Positions 24,380 through 37,173 of a stretch of DNA of 64,000 nt are shown in pieces. Position 1 is the first letter of the stretch, and each line of letters begins with the position of its first letter. The notes below the pieces were generated by a model. The model was not told the DNA's origin. It was given only the letters and a program-made list of their open reading frames with translations, and did not search any database. The DNA is from Nageia nagi. Taxonomy: Eukaryota; Plantae; Pinophyta. The stretch lies in NCBI GenBank assembly GCA_050084985.1, contig JBITNC010000001.1:112220001-112284000 (forward strand), in the 5' to 3' direction. The translations under genes were made by a program, and so were the position numbers.

Positions 24380-27300
24380 TTTTTTCAATTTGCAAGGGAG
24401 TAAATTCTTGATTGCAAAGAGTTATATCCCCTCCCTCATAATTGAGTCTAGATAAAAAAAATATTAAATATAACATTCTTTGAAGTCTTTTTTCCTTATT
24501 CAAATCTAGTCTACCCTTGATAATGTCATCACTATCTTCGATCTAACTAACTATTTTGAACTTACTTTTTATTTTTCCTTTTCTCAAATTGAGTGTTGGA
24601 TTAATTTTTTCATCATTAATGTTCATGACCTAAAAATATGATTTCTCCTAGTCAGATCTAACCATTATTCAACCCAATGCTAGAGCTTTATATTATCACT
24701 ATATTTTATTTGACTAACTATTTCTCCCTTGTTTGTATTCAATAAGTTACTAAAAAATAGTTAAAGTTCTTTTTTTTTTGTCTCCTCAGTCTAATCATCT
24801 TATTTTATTCAATCAAAATCAACCCCCCAATGACTAGTCGAATCTTGTTATCATTGATGTGTTCGACTCAATGAATGTTACCTCTTGATCAAATCAAATG
24901 ACTCATTGATAATAACTATGATTGGCTTATTAACACCCTCAACTATCTAACTAATGTGCTAATCCTAGCATTTAATGCATGTATCCTAACTAATCCTAAG
25001 CATGCATTATGTGACTCATGTCTCAGTCGATCATTAAAATGTATCTCTATCATACAACCACTTAGCAATAATATAAGAATCCTAGTTGATAAATTTGTAA
25101 AAGGTAAAATATAAGTCAAAGGGTGAGGGAGGTCTCTAAGCTATCCAACAAGCCATTGAAAAATTTTCAACTTATTCAACCCTCTCTTGGATCTGACCAA
25201 TGTAAAGATAAAACAATTAACCAATACTAGTTAGATCCAAAAGGTCATTGACCATAAATATGGAAAAAACTCCCCTTATATCTCATCTCAATATGACTAA
25301 CAAGTTTTTGATTGTAGGTACTAAGGAAAAGTATGATGAAGATGAGAATGATGATGATAACACATAAAAGAGAATTTTGGTAAGTTGTGGTAAGTCAGAT
25401 CCAAGATATCAATAATAAAAAATATTCAAGGAAGAGTTATGAATACTTTTGATCCAAGCAAAACAAAAATACACATGTCATGGGTTATATAAAAGTGAGT
25501 GTTGGTAACAAGTAGAAAACTTTGAGTTATTGGGATTCCTTACCTAACTAAATGAAAAATGCATATCATTTGGTGGAATTGATGAAGATGATGACTAATT
25601 ATCTAGAGGTTTATTGGCTACCTTCTAAGCCTAAAGCAAGGCAAGGAGTTTCATAAAATTGAAAGAAAACCTAGAGTTAGATATTCAACAATAATAATGA
25701 TGAATGATTCATGGTTTTAAAGGCATTAATCATTTACTTTTGAGCAATGAAAGATCATGATATGTTGAATTGAAAGATAATATAACATCACACATTAAGA
25801 ACCAATAGTAGACCTCCCTAATGTGAAAAAGAATAAAAGTTACAAATATTTTAAGCTTACAATCATGGATTTGATGATAATAATAATAAAATTACACAAT
25901 GAATCAACAACTACTTGCACCTAAATAAGAGTGAATTTTGTTAAGATTTTGAAGCTAATAGTGAGAAGCCTAAATAAAATCATCAATCAAGATATTGAGA
26001 AGACTCAATGAAACATTTATATATCAAAATAAGAAACCTATGTGAGATAATTATTTTCAAAGATAAGTTCACAAAGGGAGAAATAAACAAAGAGACTAAT
26101 TAAGGACTTATTGATTGACTTAGACAAAGAGAGAAATGCATCATAAGATGTTATTTTCCATAATGGGTTGAAGGATATTCTGGTTACATAATGGAGATAT
26201 GATTATCCAAATAAAATGATTGCATATGCTAATAACTTGTCTGAAGAGTAGAAAAGGAATAATTTTTTCTACTCCTTTGAACTATACAAAGCTATAATAT
26301 TTTCTTTCTATATGTGTTTCATAGAGCTTGCATTAGTAGTAGCTTAGTATTTAGTTATGAAACATAAAAATCTCAAAGATTATATCAATAAATTCATAGC
26401 TAACTTCTCCCCCCAAGTAATGGAAGCAACTTTCAACAAGTCAAACAAAGGGAATATATATGGCAAGAAGAATTATAAAGCCAAGTTAAACAAACTTCAC
26501 AAGCAAACTAATATTGTTAAGAATTTTTAAAACCTAAATACTAAGATTTTGACCATAGGAGAGTCATGGTGGTAGATAAGATATGGTTTCAAGAGAGCAC
26601 TTGTGTATTTTTAAGTTTAGTATGTTCAGTTATTGGCTAAGATATAAATGCATGCTCTAAGAGGGATATTTTATGTTTCCTCCTCAAAATTAGAGAGTGA
26701 ATAAGGTTAAGATAAAGTGTCATAATTAGTAATGGTTTGATTAAATAATTCTTACAAAAATTTCTATTTAGTTAATCTCCTACTTAATAGGAATAATAAA
26801 ATAAAGACAATCAGCTTCAAAGACTTGCTTGAGCAACTTGGCATTCCTATTATTTAAAATATCTAAAATGGGAAATAAGAAAAAAATAGAATGATGTATG
26901 AATGAGGATGAATAAATGGGAATATACTATATATAAATAGTTTAAGGGAGTCAATTGCATAGAATGGATTTTATGATAAGCAAGGAAGGCCCTCGAAGAT
27001 TACCTAAATATTTAAGGGATAAGATTATGATATTAGAAATCAAGAGATAATTAAAATACCTATATAAATATCTATGTGGAAAGAAGGTAGGGATGATCAA
27101 TCTTCTCTTTTATGTGGGTTACTATGCATGTAACACATGGATTGAGGTAGACACCATGGCATTGGAAAAATAATTACATGTAAAAAATTATGATCCATAT
27201 GAATTGATTGATGCATATTTTAAGTCAATTTTCAAATCATATTTTTAGCATAATTCATTCAAAAGGATTGAGAAATATTAAAAATTTATTTTAGATATCA

Positions 27301-27900
27301 ACATCCTAGAGATAAAAAGATTAAAAAAGAGTAGGAGCAATATAAAAAGAAAGATAAAATAATCATATTTTTTCTCCCTTATTGATTCTAAAAATTTAAG
27401 AAGATCTCCAACACCATTTAAATGTAGGTTTACTCTTAGATAGTCCTCTAGTTAGACAACTATAACTAGAATTGATCAATTTGGAATGAATATGACTAAT
27501 GTTAAGATCATTGATTATTTATAGAGTACATACACTCATAAAGAATCTATACAAGATGGGGGTACATTAGATTTATTACAAGAATCAAAGGCTACCTCTA
27601 ACCAAGAAGATGAAGCCAATCAAGAAACACACGTTGGTGAAGGGGAAGAAGATAATTCTTAAGATATGGAAGTGTCTAGCTCTAGGAAATATAGAGAGGA
27701 AGAAGAAGAGAAAGAGAATGATAAAGTAGGAAGCCAAAGTCTAGGAAGCTCAAGAAAATAATCTTTAGTAAGAAGAAGCTAAGATAAGAGTCAAAGTGAA
27801 AGTGAAGATGAATTTGTAAATATTACCATATTTGACCAAGAAGATGAGAATGCTCATATTTCAAAGGATAAGATGAAATAAAATATAGTACTGATGCATA
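24380..27900 (+). mobile_element. Highly degenerate TE-like segment, possibly an LTR-retrotransposon accessory-ORF remnant
   Basis: Fragmentary coding-like stretch PRRLPKYLRDKIMILEIKR*L at 26991-27053 and an acidic tail at ~27580-27850. Unique in the window; family assignment is from recollection only. Confidence 0.3.
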
Positions 27901-27909
27901 CTAAAAAAG

Positions 27910-29450
27910 TGACCCAAAAGCTATACCTAAACCACTAAAAACTTAGACCATTATGGTCATGAGGATGATTCCTGATGGTATTATTACAAAGAAATTGGAG
28001 AGAAGAATCATTTAGAATGTGGGTAGGCTTACCAATCTCAAGGAAATTTTGGGTAATTTAAGGGAAAAGTAAAGGAATACTTTGATTGGATGCTTCATTG
28101 CACTAATGTCATACTTATATCATATTCGTCATTGAATTAGTAAACATTGGAAAGTATATCGATACGTTGATATTGTTGCTTTAGCTCATGAAATTTTAGT
28201 CTTTATTTTTACAAATGAATAAGACATGAACAAGGTTATGAGGTTGGGCCCTTTATTTTTGGGTCATAAGGAGGTACTTTTAAAATGGTGGCATACTAGT
28301 TTCTATCTTAAGAAGGATAACATATATGATTTTCTTTTATGGGATAATTTATCTAATTTAACAACATATTATTCAAATATGAGTATGGTTGTTGGAATTA
28401 TTAATATAGTAGGATTGTTATTCTCAATTAAAAAAGTGACCAGAAATGAGATTACAATAAAGGAAGCTAAGTTTTTTGTTAACACTAATATTACAAAGGA
28501 ATTGACCTAAAATATCTATGTTGAGGAGGAAGATGGAGAAACTTGGGACAAGAAATAGTTTATGAATATATGCCTATTAGTTGTAGCATATGTAGAAATT
28601 TTGATTATTATGCCAAGGAATATATGGATAAGAAGGTGAAAGAGAAGATGGAATTCCTTGAGTTGTAGGAAGAGTGGAATACCCATGTGCAAAGTAATCA
28701 AGGATTCTAGGGAAATGATTAATTTGAAGCAAAGAGAGGTGCATGAAAGTTTAGAAGGTAGACCACTTATGAAACTAGGGACCCATTTATTTCTTTGAAT
28801 CCAAATGAAGGTATTAGAATAGCTAAAATTAGAGATTAAGAGAGTTTCTATTAGTAATTACAAATAGAAAAGTAATAATTAGCAATTAAGAAATGAAGGA
28901 ATCCAAAAGTAGGAAGTGACAAAGAAGTGAAGTAGAAAATACAAAAAATAAGGAGATAGATTAAGATAGGTCATCAAGAGATGATAAAGAAATAGGAAAA
29001 GAACAAGAAATGGAGGTTGATCATAGAAAGACATGTCCCATAAGAAGATATATTGATAATACAATGAGGAAGATACAAAATATACATGAAGAACATATGG
29101 GGAGGATGTCAAATCATTAAGTAAGAATAAAGAATATAATTAAGGATATTACCTATAAAACATAATGCACTATAGAGTAGAGTAGTGGTTGTAAGATCCC
29201 ATGTGGTACTCACTGATTATTCTTAGTTAGAATGTACAAGGATGTAATACCCAAAACTTGTAGAGGATCATCAAGTACCTCCAAAGGGAAGTCTTGTAGA
29301 ATTTTTATTTATGTAGGAGAAAAAGATGAAAAAGGATAAGGTGGTAGAAGTGGAAAAGAAAGTTTAAAGTTGACTATATTTTTTCTAGAGAGAATAAGAA
29401 GGCCTATCAATGGATCAATTTAGATTATGAAATATGACTACTATAAAAGG
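27910..29450 (+). mobile_element. LINE ORF1 fragment, copy L3
   Basis: ORF 28226-28510 (GPLFLGHKEVLLKWW..LWDNLSNL..AKFFVNTNITKEL), then QEIVYEYMPISCSICRNFDYYAKEY: DUF4283 plus zinc-knuckle pattern. Confidence 0.82.
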
Positions 29451-31151
29451 TAATCCCTATCGTAATACATCTAATATATGTCTTCATAGACATAGTAAAA
29501 TAATATTTTTCAACTACATCCTATAGAAAATAAACCAATAAATAAGAAATCAAATATAAGTAAACAATTCTAAAAAAATATTCAAATACTCATTTAGTGT
29601 ACATACTTTTTAAAAAATAATATAATCCATATGTTAAATTGCCATTTTTTATAGAGGTTATTGATGTAGAAAAAATATAACAAATAAAATTAAATATTAC
29701 CATAATAATTTTTCTCATTGTTTAAAAAATATAACAGTTATAATTAAATATTTTATATAAGAAAATAATATTTAAGTAAAACTTAACCTATATGTCTTTT
29801 AATTTCTAATCTTATAATAACATATTTTACAAGATAGTATTTATAATAACATATAAGCTACAATGGATTTGTTTAAATTACTATATTTAATACCTTTATA
29901 GTTGCTACCTTTTTAGTATTAGATAAGTAACATAATAAAATAGTTTGTTACTGTTGCTAGTTGTATGATGTATCTATCTCCAATGTGTTTTTGTATGAAA
30001 TGAATAATTTCAAAACCAATTCAAACTAACCATGCATGTTTTATTCTTTGTATGGTATATGGAACTACTCCATCAAACATGTGTGAGCCTAGATATACTT
30101 AACACAACAAAATGCACCCACTTTCATAACTCTTTCCAATATTTCAAATAATAGTGTACAATTTATAAATATTGCTTGATGTTGTTTGCTCCTGTTATGC
30201 TCCTGATATGCGATCATAGTTATGGTGACATGGTATAAAAATTTAACATGTTTGGAGTATCTATACTTTTCTTGATGTTGGCCATGTAAAACAAAAAATT
30301 ATTAAAAAATTAAATCCAAAGGTTAAAAACCAAAAAATGATTAAAAATTTAAATCTAGAGGTTAAAAACTATTTAATTATGGACCTACTCTCTAACAAAT
30401 TTTATGCCATGGTTTTGGAAATGATCTTCAAAAGCTCAAAGGGGACACCTATAGCCTAATGAAATAATAAATTTTTAAGAATTGTAGTTACAAATAAAAA
30501 AATGAAAAATAATTTATTTTTGAATTTACCTTTGAATACATTTTGAATTTTTCTTTTACTAATTCTAACATTACTTCAAATAATTGTATATTTATTCATC
30601 ATCTATATGCTTTTTTTTGTATTTTGCTATGACTATTTGCCATCATCTTGTAAAATATAAAGACCTATAAATGAATACTAATCAATATTCTAAACAGTAG
30701 TAATAATATGATATATAAACCATTAGAGTAAAATTACACTTAAGATAATCACTATTATAATAGCAAAAAATATATCTAATACTTTGAAATAAAATTTATC
30801 TAATATTTTATGTTTAATTTATTTATGTTGGTGGTCCGCTTTAGATGTTTTGAGAAACCAAGTTCAAATCCCCTAGCCCAACTTAATGAGAAAAAAATAT
30901 CCTATTCACTCAAGTTGAAAATAGAATAATAAACTATAAATAATAAAATTTTAATAAACTAATATTTATCAATTTATCCATTCTCTAATGTTGGATTAGC
31001 TTTCAAGTTAAAAATTGAGTTTCATATTCCAATCCTTAGGCTAAAGTAATTTACAATGAAAACATGATATAGTTAAACGAATCTAGCTTCTACACACCTA
31101 TCACTTCTCATTGATAATTTGTAATCATGGAATTCGAACAAGAGATACAAT

Positions 31152-31274
31152 CTATAACCCTATGTATATATCAATCAAGGTAGTGTTCTCTTTAGAATTA
31201 CTCTTATCCAAGGCATGCCGAAATTGGTTGATGTTGAGAGTTGTATGATGTCATGGATAATGATCATCCACAAG
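31152..31274 (-). pseudogene. 2-ODD C-terminal scrap, type C copy 2
   Basis: LVDDHYP*HHTTLNINQFRHALDKSNSKENTTLIDIYIGL*, homologous to the A1 and B C-termini but distinct. Confidence 0.7.
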
Positions 31275-32110
31275 TAAAGTATAAAAATAATATTTACACT
31301 ACATAGAAATGCAAAATGAGAATAGAGAAATATGTAGCTAGATTTAAGAGTATGAAGATTTATTATTGCATAAGAAAGATATTATATTCACAACACCCAA
31401 TCCAACAACCTTCTACACAATAAATTTACCCTCCTAGACTATGCAATGAAGAGCTTACTATAAAATTCATGCAACAATCTATGAAATAAAATTTTATGGA
31501 AGGATTTATATAAAAGTCTATTTCCTCTTAGCTTCTAAATGAACTTTGTAACTCCTATGATGAGTTGATAATGCAAAAATTCACTTCAACCTCTCCTAGA
31601 CTAGTTTAAACAACAAACATTGACACTAGGGAACTTCATGGAAAACTAAATAAAATCTAATAAAAACTATTATAATCATACTAAATTAAGATCCTAAAAT
31701 ATGAAGTCAAAATACTCTTGTATCCTTGGCACTAATGCCACACCCAGCATTAACATTACAGATACCGAACAATATATGTCTCCTAGATCTAAGTCAAGTT
31801 AAACTTCCCAAGGTGAGTCTTAAGTCATGCCAAAAAGTTAGATACCGGTTCATGGACCGAAACAATATCATGTCAACTATAAGACAGTCCTAGATGATGC
31901 TAACATCTCTTTCCAATATCTATTGAATTACTGAGATCATTTAGTTTTTATTGATTTCATTTCAAATTAAAAGATGAAAACCTTTTAATGAAAATTTATA
32001 TGACACCCATCATCTTCATATGATGCAATGTTTTTAATATTATAATACATATTTATTGAATAAGAAATAGGCTAGTATGAAAATTGATATTAGAAATTAT
32101 ATTTTAAAAT

Positions 32111-32803
32111 GTTGCGGCTTCATTACCTGTGTACAAGATGGTAATGATCCCTCTATCTCTACGATCAAGAAGAGCCTCGTCCTGTATCGATTTTCCGTCA
32201 CAAGTATAGTGAGTGATACGCATTGTATACGTGCACTTCTGGAAATCAGATTCGCAGAAATGTTCGACGTCCAAATCGAGGCTTGCAAGCATGGTTTTAG
32301 TGATATTTAGCACGAGATCTGCCAAGAGGAGCATATATGCTCCAACTGTTTTGCTGAAATCGGATAGGAGGACTGGATTAATTTTCAACTTGTATAATAA
32401 CAACACTATATGAGGAGAGTAAAACAGCATACCAGAATAATGGACTTCCGTCTTGTGGCCATATTTGCCGAGACATTTCAACTACTGATTCTCAATGACG
32501 TAGATTGAGGATTGTGAAACTCTGGCTGCCATTCTCACTGGCACAGCAACCCAATCTTTTTTTGGCCTCGGCGGGTATGGCACATAGTTGTTGGACGGCT
32601 GATTCTACTTCTTGAAGAAGAGTTTGTGGAATTCCATGGTTGACAAATCTGAAAAGTCATAATTCTTGGCAGGCTTCTTTCACTTTAGGAATGACCTCGT
32701 GATAGTGGGCATCATGAGTTGTTAGTGCGAATCGTGAAAGGTCGATCAGAGGAAGATCAACTTCAAGACCAACATCAGGGGTAGTCTGTAGAGAGCACGC
32801 CAT
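32111..32803 (-). pseudogene. 2-ODD (GA20ox-like) pseudogene, type A copy 2: exon 1 (32803-32433), 79-bp intron, truncated exon 2 (32353-~32111)
   Basis: Exon 1: MACSLQTTPDVGLEVDLPLIDLSRF..KVKEACQEL*LFRFVNHGIP..LRH*ESVVEMSRQIWPQDGSPLFC (DIOX_N, two TGA stops). GTATG..TTTCAG intron. Exon 2: KTVGAY..LASLDLDVEHFCESDFQKCTYTMRITHY..ALLDRRDRGIITILYTGNE, then fused to spacer DNA. Confidence 0.92.
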
Positions 32804-32926
32804 GGTAGAGGATCTTTAGCAGGGAAATGACTGAAAAGATATACAAAATAGAAGAAAGTATCACACTAATAGCACAAACGATGATTTATTAGAAAATGGG
32901 TTAGCTAATTCCTCATACACTTAGAA

Positions 32927-32935
32927 TATATATAG
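32927..32935 (-). promoter_or_regulatory. Putative TATA box (CTATATATA) of 2-ODD A2
   Basis: About 125 bp upstream of the ATG, which sits in an ACCATGG context; conserved in A1. Confidence 0.5.
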
Positions 32936-33119
32936 ATAAGAGGAGTGAAAAATAAAAATTGCCTTCTACAGATTATTGAGAAATTTGAACACATTACATA
33001 GAGAAATAGTCAAAACAGACCAAACGAACATTTTCTGACATTACATCGATCAACAAACAGAAAACAAACCCCCCATGTGTTTCTCCTCATCTTTATTCAC
33101 ATGTTTAATAGACGGCAAA

Positions 33120-33380
33120 ATATTCCATCTCCATACAAATCATACCATTTTAGTTAGTCAATAAACCCCAAAAGACTTTAAGCATGTGTATCTCGAGAGA
33201 TGCAAGTTTTTATGTTGAAGTTGTCTTCTTTATTTGTCTCATTGACATACCTAAGAATCTAACACTATTCCATCTCCATACAAATCACACCCCCTTAAAT
33301 ATTTAATAAACCCCACCACTCACAAGATTCCATCTCCACCGACGCAACACCTCCTTAATTATTTAATACACGTCACTATC
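33120..33380. repeat. Three ~50-bp direct repeats upstream of 2-ODD A2
   Basis: ATTCCATCTCCA(T/C)..AATA(A/C)A(C)CCCA-like units at ~33122, ~33267 and ~33327. Homologues at ~8485 and ~8631. Confidence 0.6.
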
Positions 33381-34990
33381 TTGATAGATGTAATGTCTAA
33401 ATATTCTTTTTAAGTTTATATTTTTTAATTAAATTGTAAGATTATTTTATATGTAATTGTTTTTTTTAATAAATTATTCTTTCTGTTTATCTTAGGTTTC
33501 GAAGTAATGATTGAAGGGCATTCAAGTCATCAAAATTCATCAAGGGTACGATCTCTATCTCATTTGCATCTACCATAACTCAATAGAATTTTAGATTCAT
33601 GCGGAGATATTTGAGCCTTGGCCTCCGTTTTTTCACTTGAGAGGTTTAACAACTTGCTTTCTCACCAACTCCCCTCACAACTACTAGTACAAATCAATCA
33701 TAATACACTCGATTTCAAATACCTTGTATGTGAGGGGGAGATATTTGACCCTAGGTCCTCCCTTTTTCCAATCGAGAGATTGTAATGGTTTATATGTAAT
33801 ATTGAAAATTGGATGATGTCCATTTTTTTTTACAAGTTGGTAGTAATGTAAACAACAAAACTGCATTGGTTTAGATGAATAATTAAATAATTATATATCT
33901 TTTTATTAGAATAAATAAAAAGAATACATGAACATATATTTAAATATACATTCATAGGTATATTCTTTTGTATTCATTTTATTCTTATGGATAATTAGGT
34001 TTCATACTTCTTTTGTGCAATGGAAACGTAGAAGAGAATAATAAATAAAATAATAAATATAACAATCATTTTATATGACAATATTACATTTTTATTTCAT
34101 TTCATTCAATAGTTTTTACATATAAAAATTCAATTTAATAATTTACACATAAACAATATTACAATCCAATTCAATTTACTGATAAATATAATGTTGTTAT
34201 TTGAATGTCATGTGCTTTATTAAAAAGCATTTAAATAAATTTTAACAAAGATTTATCTAAAATATTTCATATGTTTAAAATATATATTGATGATGATCAA
34301 CAAGATATAAGTTACGTGATGAGAAATAGTTTATACACACAATTAATATCGCCATCCAATCTAAAAACTTAATTTCAATTCATAAAAATAAATAAGTGTT
34401 AACATTTTTTTTGCATTTGCTTTAGTGATATGCATTGAAATAAATTTTCATAAAGATTTTTGTAAAACATTATAAAATTGTAAAATATATATAGATGATG
34501 ATTAGGAAGATATAACTTACATAACAAGAAATGATTTTTACATATAAAATTGATATTACCATCCAATCCAACAATTTAATTTATTCATAAATTGATGTAG
34601 TTTCTTCTTGTATATAACTCTAAACCAAAGTAGTTTTGAATTCTAAAAACTTGAATTGCATAAAATATCTTAAATATATTAAGAATATATCATGTATAAT
34701 ATTTTTGATAGGCATGAATACAAGATCTTAGAGCATTTATTTGATTGAAATATTATAAGACACTTATTTTTAAATATTTGATATTTTTTATTATGAAATT
34801 ATATTTTCAAAAAGTAGCATTTCATAAAATTTTATGGACCACCCCTTCCACATAAAACATGTAAGATAAAACTAAATTTTGCTATATGATTTATATTTAA
34901 CATGTGATATCTCCTTTTTTTTAACTTATGTTTTTCCTTTGTTGGTCTAGGAGACATAGCCATAATCACTTGTCGAGGAATCTACATAAT

Positions 34991-35804
34991 CTACACACCT
35001 GTGTATCTCTCAATGAAAGTGGCCTTTTCTTCTTCAGAATTGTGCCTCTTTATGAGGTATTGCTTAAATTGGGAGAATGTGAAAGGCCTCTTTATGAGGT
35101 ATTGCTTAAATTGGGAGAATGTGAAAGGCCTATAACGTCGTGCATGCTGGTCGTCAACCAGTTCAAGAGGTGCGCAAATCTCTTTCTCATTTGGAAAATA
35201 AATAAAATAACCTAGCGATAAGCGATCCGCCCACCGGTTGTGGAAAACTCGGTGCTCCACGTTGCGCTACCTTCCGCTGCTCCATGCCTGCACTAGCCAA
35301 AGATTGCATTAATTCATCACTACAAAACATTAGACAAACCATGGTAATTCATCCTCACCTTAAAAGACTCACCGGTGTTGATAAGGAATGAGTTCGATAA
35401 TGGCTTGACGTTCAACCAAGTGCCTTCCTTTTCATCTAATCTGGAGGCCACCCTTGTTATCTTGGTAAAGGATAGTAATTCTGGGCATCCAAATCAAGGC
35501 TTGCGAGAATGATTTTGGTTATCGTTCGTACGAGATCTTTCCAGAAAAGTGTCCACCTTTGAATAGTGTTGCTGGAATGGGATAGGAGCAAAGAATTATT
35601 TTTAAGCTTGTAAGATGAAAATATGTATCTAAGCAGAGGAAGACAACATACTAGAAAAATGGATTTCCTTCTTGAGGCCATACTTTACGCGACATTTGAA
35701 AGACTGAATCACAATTACGTGGGTCGGAGTAGGGGAACATCTCCAGGGAGAGGGAGATCAACTTCAAGACCAAAATCAGGGAAAGTCTGCATAGAGAAAG
35801 GCAT
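34991..35804 (-). pseudogene. 2-ODD pseudogene, type B copy 2 (exons 35804-35652, 35571-35359, 35287-34991)
   Basis: MPFSMQTFPDFGLEVDLPL/deletion/..MSRKVWPQEGNPFF. Both GT-AG introns intact. ILASLDLDAQNYY/deletion/ITILYQDNKGGLQIR..WLNVKPLSNSFLINTGESFK. Exon 3 AWSSGR*RNVEHRVF..DRLSLGYF..IERYTGV*. Confidence 0.93.
35044..35131. repeat. 42-bp tandem duplication in B2 exon 3
   Basis: GCCT at 35044, 35086 and 35128; RPFTFSQFKQYLIK is encoded twice. Confidence 0.95.
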
Positions 35805-37173
35805 GGTGGAGGATATTTTGCAGGCAGATTAATTTATCGTCTAGGATATCATCCTAATAAGTTCCGATTATAACAACTGAAATGGTCTGATTTTTATGTT
35901 GACTTCTCCTTTGTAGGCTTTTAGGGCGGGCCAACATGCATGCTCATCAAAGTTTTGGCTATCATCTCTCCAACTGAGTTGTTTCTTTCAAGAGCAACAG
36001 GTTTGTGATGAAGCTATCATGCTATGCCTCATTTAAATTTGTTGACTTATTTATTCATATATAGATATAGATATAGATATACAACAGGAGTCGACTAAGG
36101 GAAGTGCTGATAATCAAATTTTCATGTCGTTTCAAGTGAATTTAATAAGATTTTTGGATTTCATTGGTTGTAATATCTATTGTTTTTTAAGTTTCCTATT
36201 ATTTTAGGAATAAAATTTGTTTTGTTATTGAACATTATTTGTGTATTAAATATTATTATATGAATTCATACTATATTATATATAAATATTGTAGATAATT
36301 AACAAGCTCTAAATATTAATGGCGGAATGTTTTAAATTGGAATTTTTTTAGATAAATTTACATTGTAATTTTCAAGGTTTAGTTAATTTTTGAATATGTA
36401 AGTTAAATATATATATTTTTTAATTTTATATTAAAGATTATTTCATTTTATTATATTTTATATTTTTCTACATTCTAAATATCACATTTAGTGTATTCAT
36501 TTTTTGGAGGGAGTTCAATACTAAGGTAAATTATAATATGAACTTCTTTGTGATCATCAAAGTGGTAAAATTTTAATATTTTCTTCAGTATAATTGTAAT
36601 GGAGACATACTTGAAATGTAGCCAAATAATAATATGTTTAAATAACCATTTATAAATTTAAACCTTTAACTCCTTATAGAAGAGTCAAAGCTTGAACTTT
36701 GTGACATATGCTCCAATCTTAAGCGTTAAAACATTGCACATAATTAAGTCATTTATTAAAATTTTCATTCATAAAATTAGGTTAATCAAAATACTAAATT
36801 AATTTTCGTAAGGCTTTTCATAGAAGTTAACTATCTTCAAACTAAATTTGATTTCTTTTGATTTATTTTTAATATTAATTAAAACCTTTAATTGTAAATC
36901 CCTAAATTACCATTCAATAGAAAAATAATTCATTCATTCAAAACTTATTGGAAGAAGTCCTAACTTAAATAAAGCATTAAGAATGGAAAGATATCATGAA
37001 ATGAAAGAATCATTATACACATGATAAAATAGAAAATTAAGAATACAAGAGCACAATCTAAGCTTTTAATATTAATATTTATAACCTTTACACAATAATA
37101 TCATCATCCCATGCTACCCTTAGTTATTGAATAAGTAGTTCCCTATCAACCTCTTTCACAATGTAAACCTACA

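Larger units (their letters stand above)
21470..37000. repeat. Segmental duplication unit 2
   Basis: Collinear with unit 1 in the order L - spacer - C - A - A promoter - B - B upstream. Lacks the 10188-16011 insertion and most of 16118-19985. Confidence 0.85.

Noticed and set aside
28516-29112. Recurrent hydrophobic minus-strand ORFs (28516, 28879, 51705, 52029, 62834) as membrane peptides
   Set aside because: They are antisense to purine-rich LINE ORF1 sequence, which gives F/L/S-rich translations.
32104-32481. 125-aa ORF as an intact gene
   Set aside because: It reads through the 79-bp intron into 2-ODD exon 2; the true exon 1 has two stops and the 3' half of the gene is missing.
35623-35832. 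Plus-strand ORFs 35623-35832 and 61554-61763 (also 20063, 34928, 60943) as a conserved small-protein family
   Set aside because: They are antisense shadows of duplicated 2-ODD pseudogenes; their similarity follows from DNA duplication.
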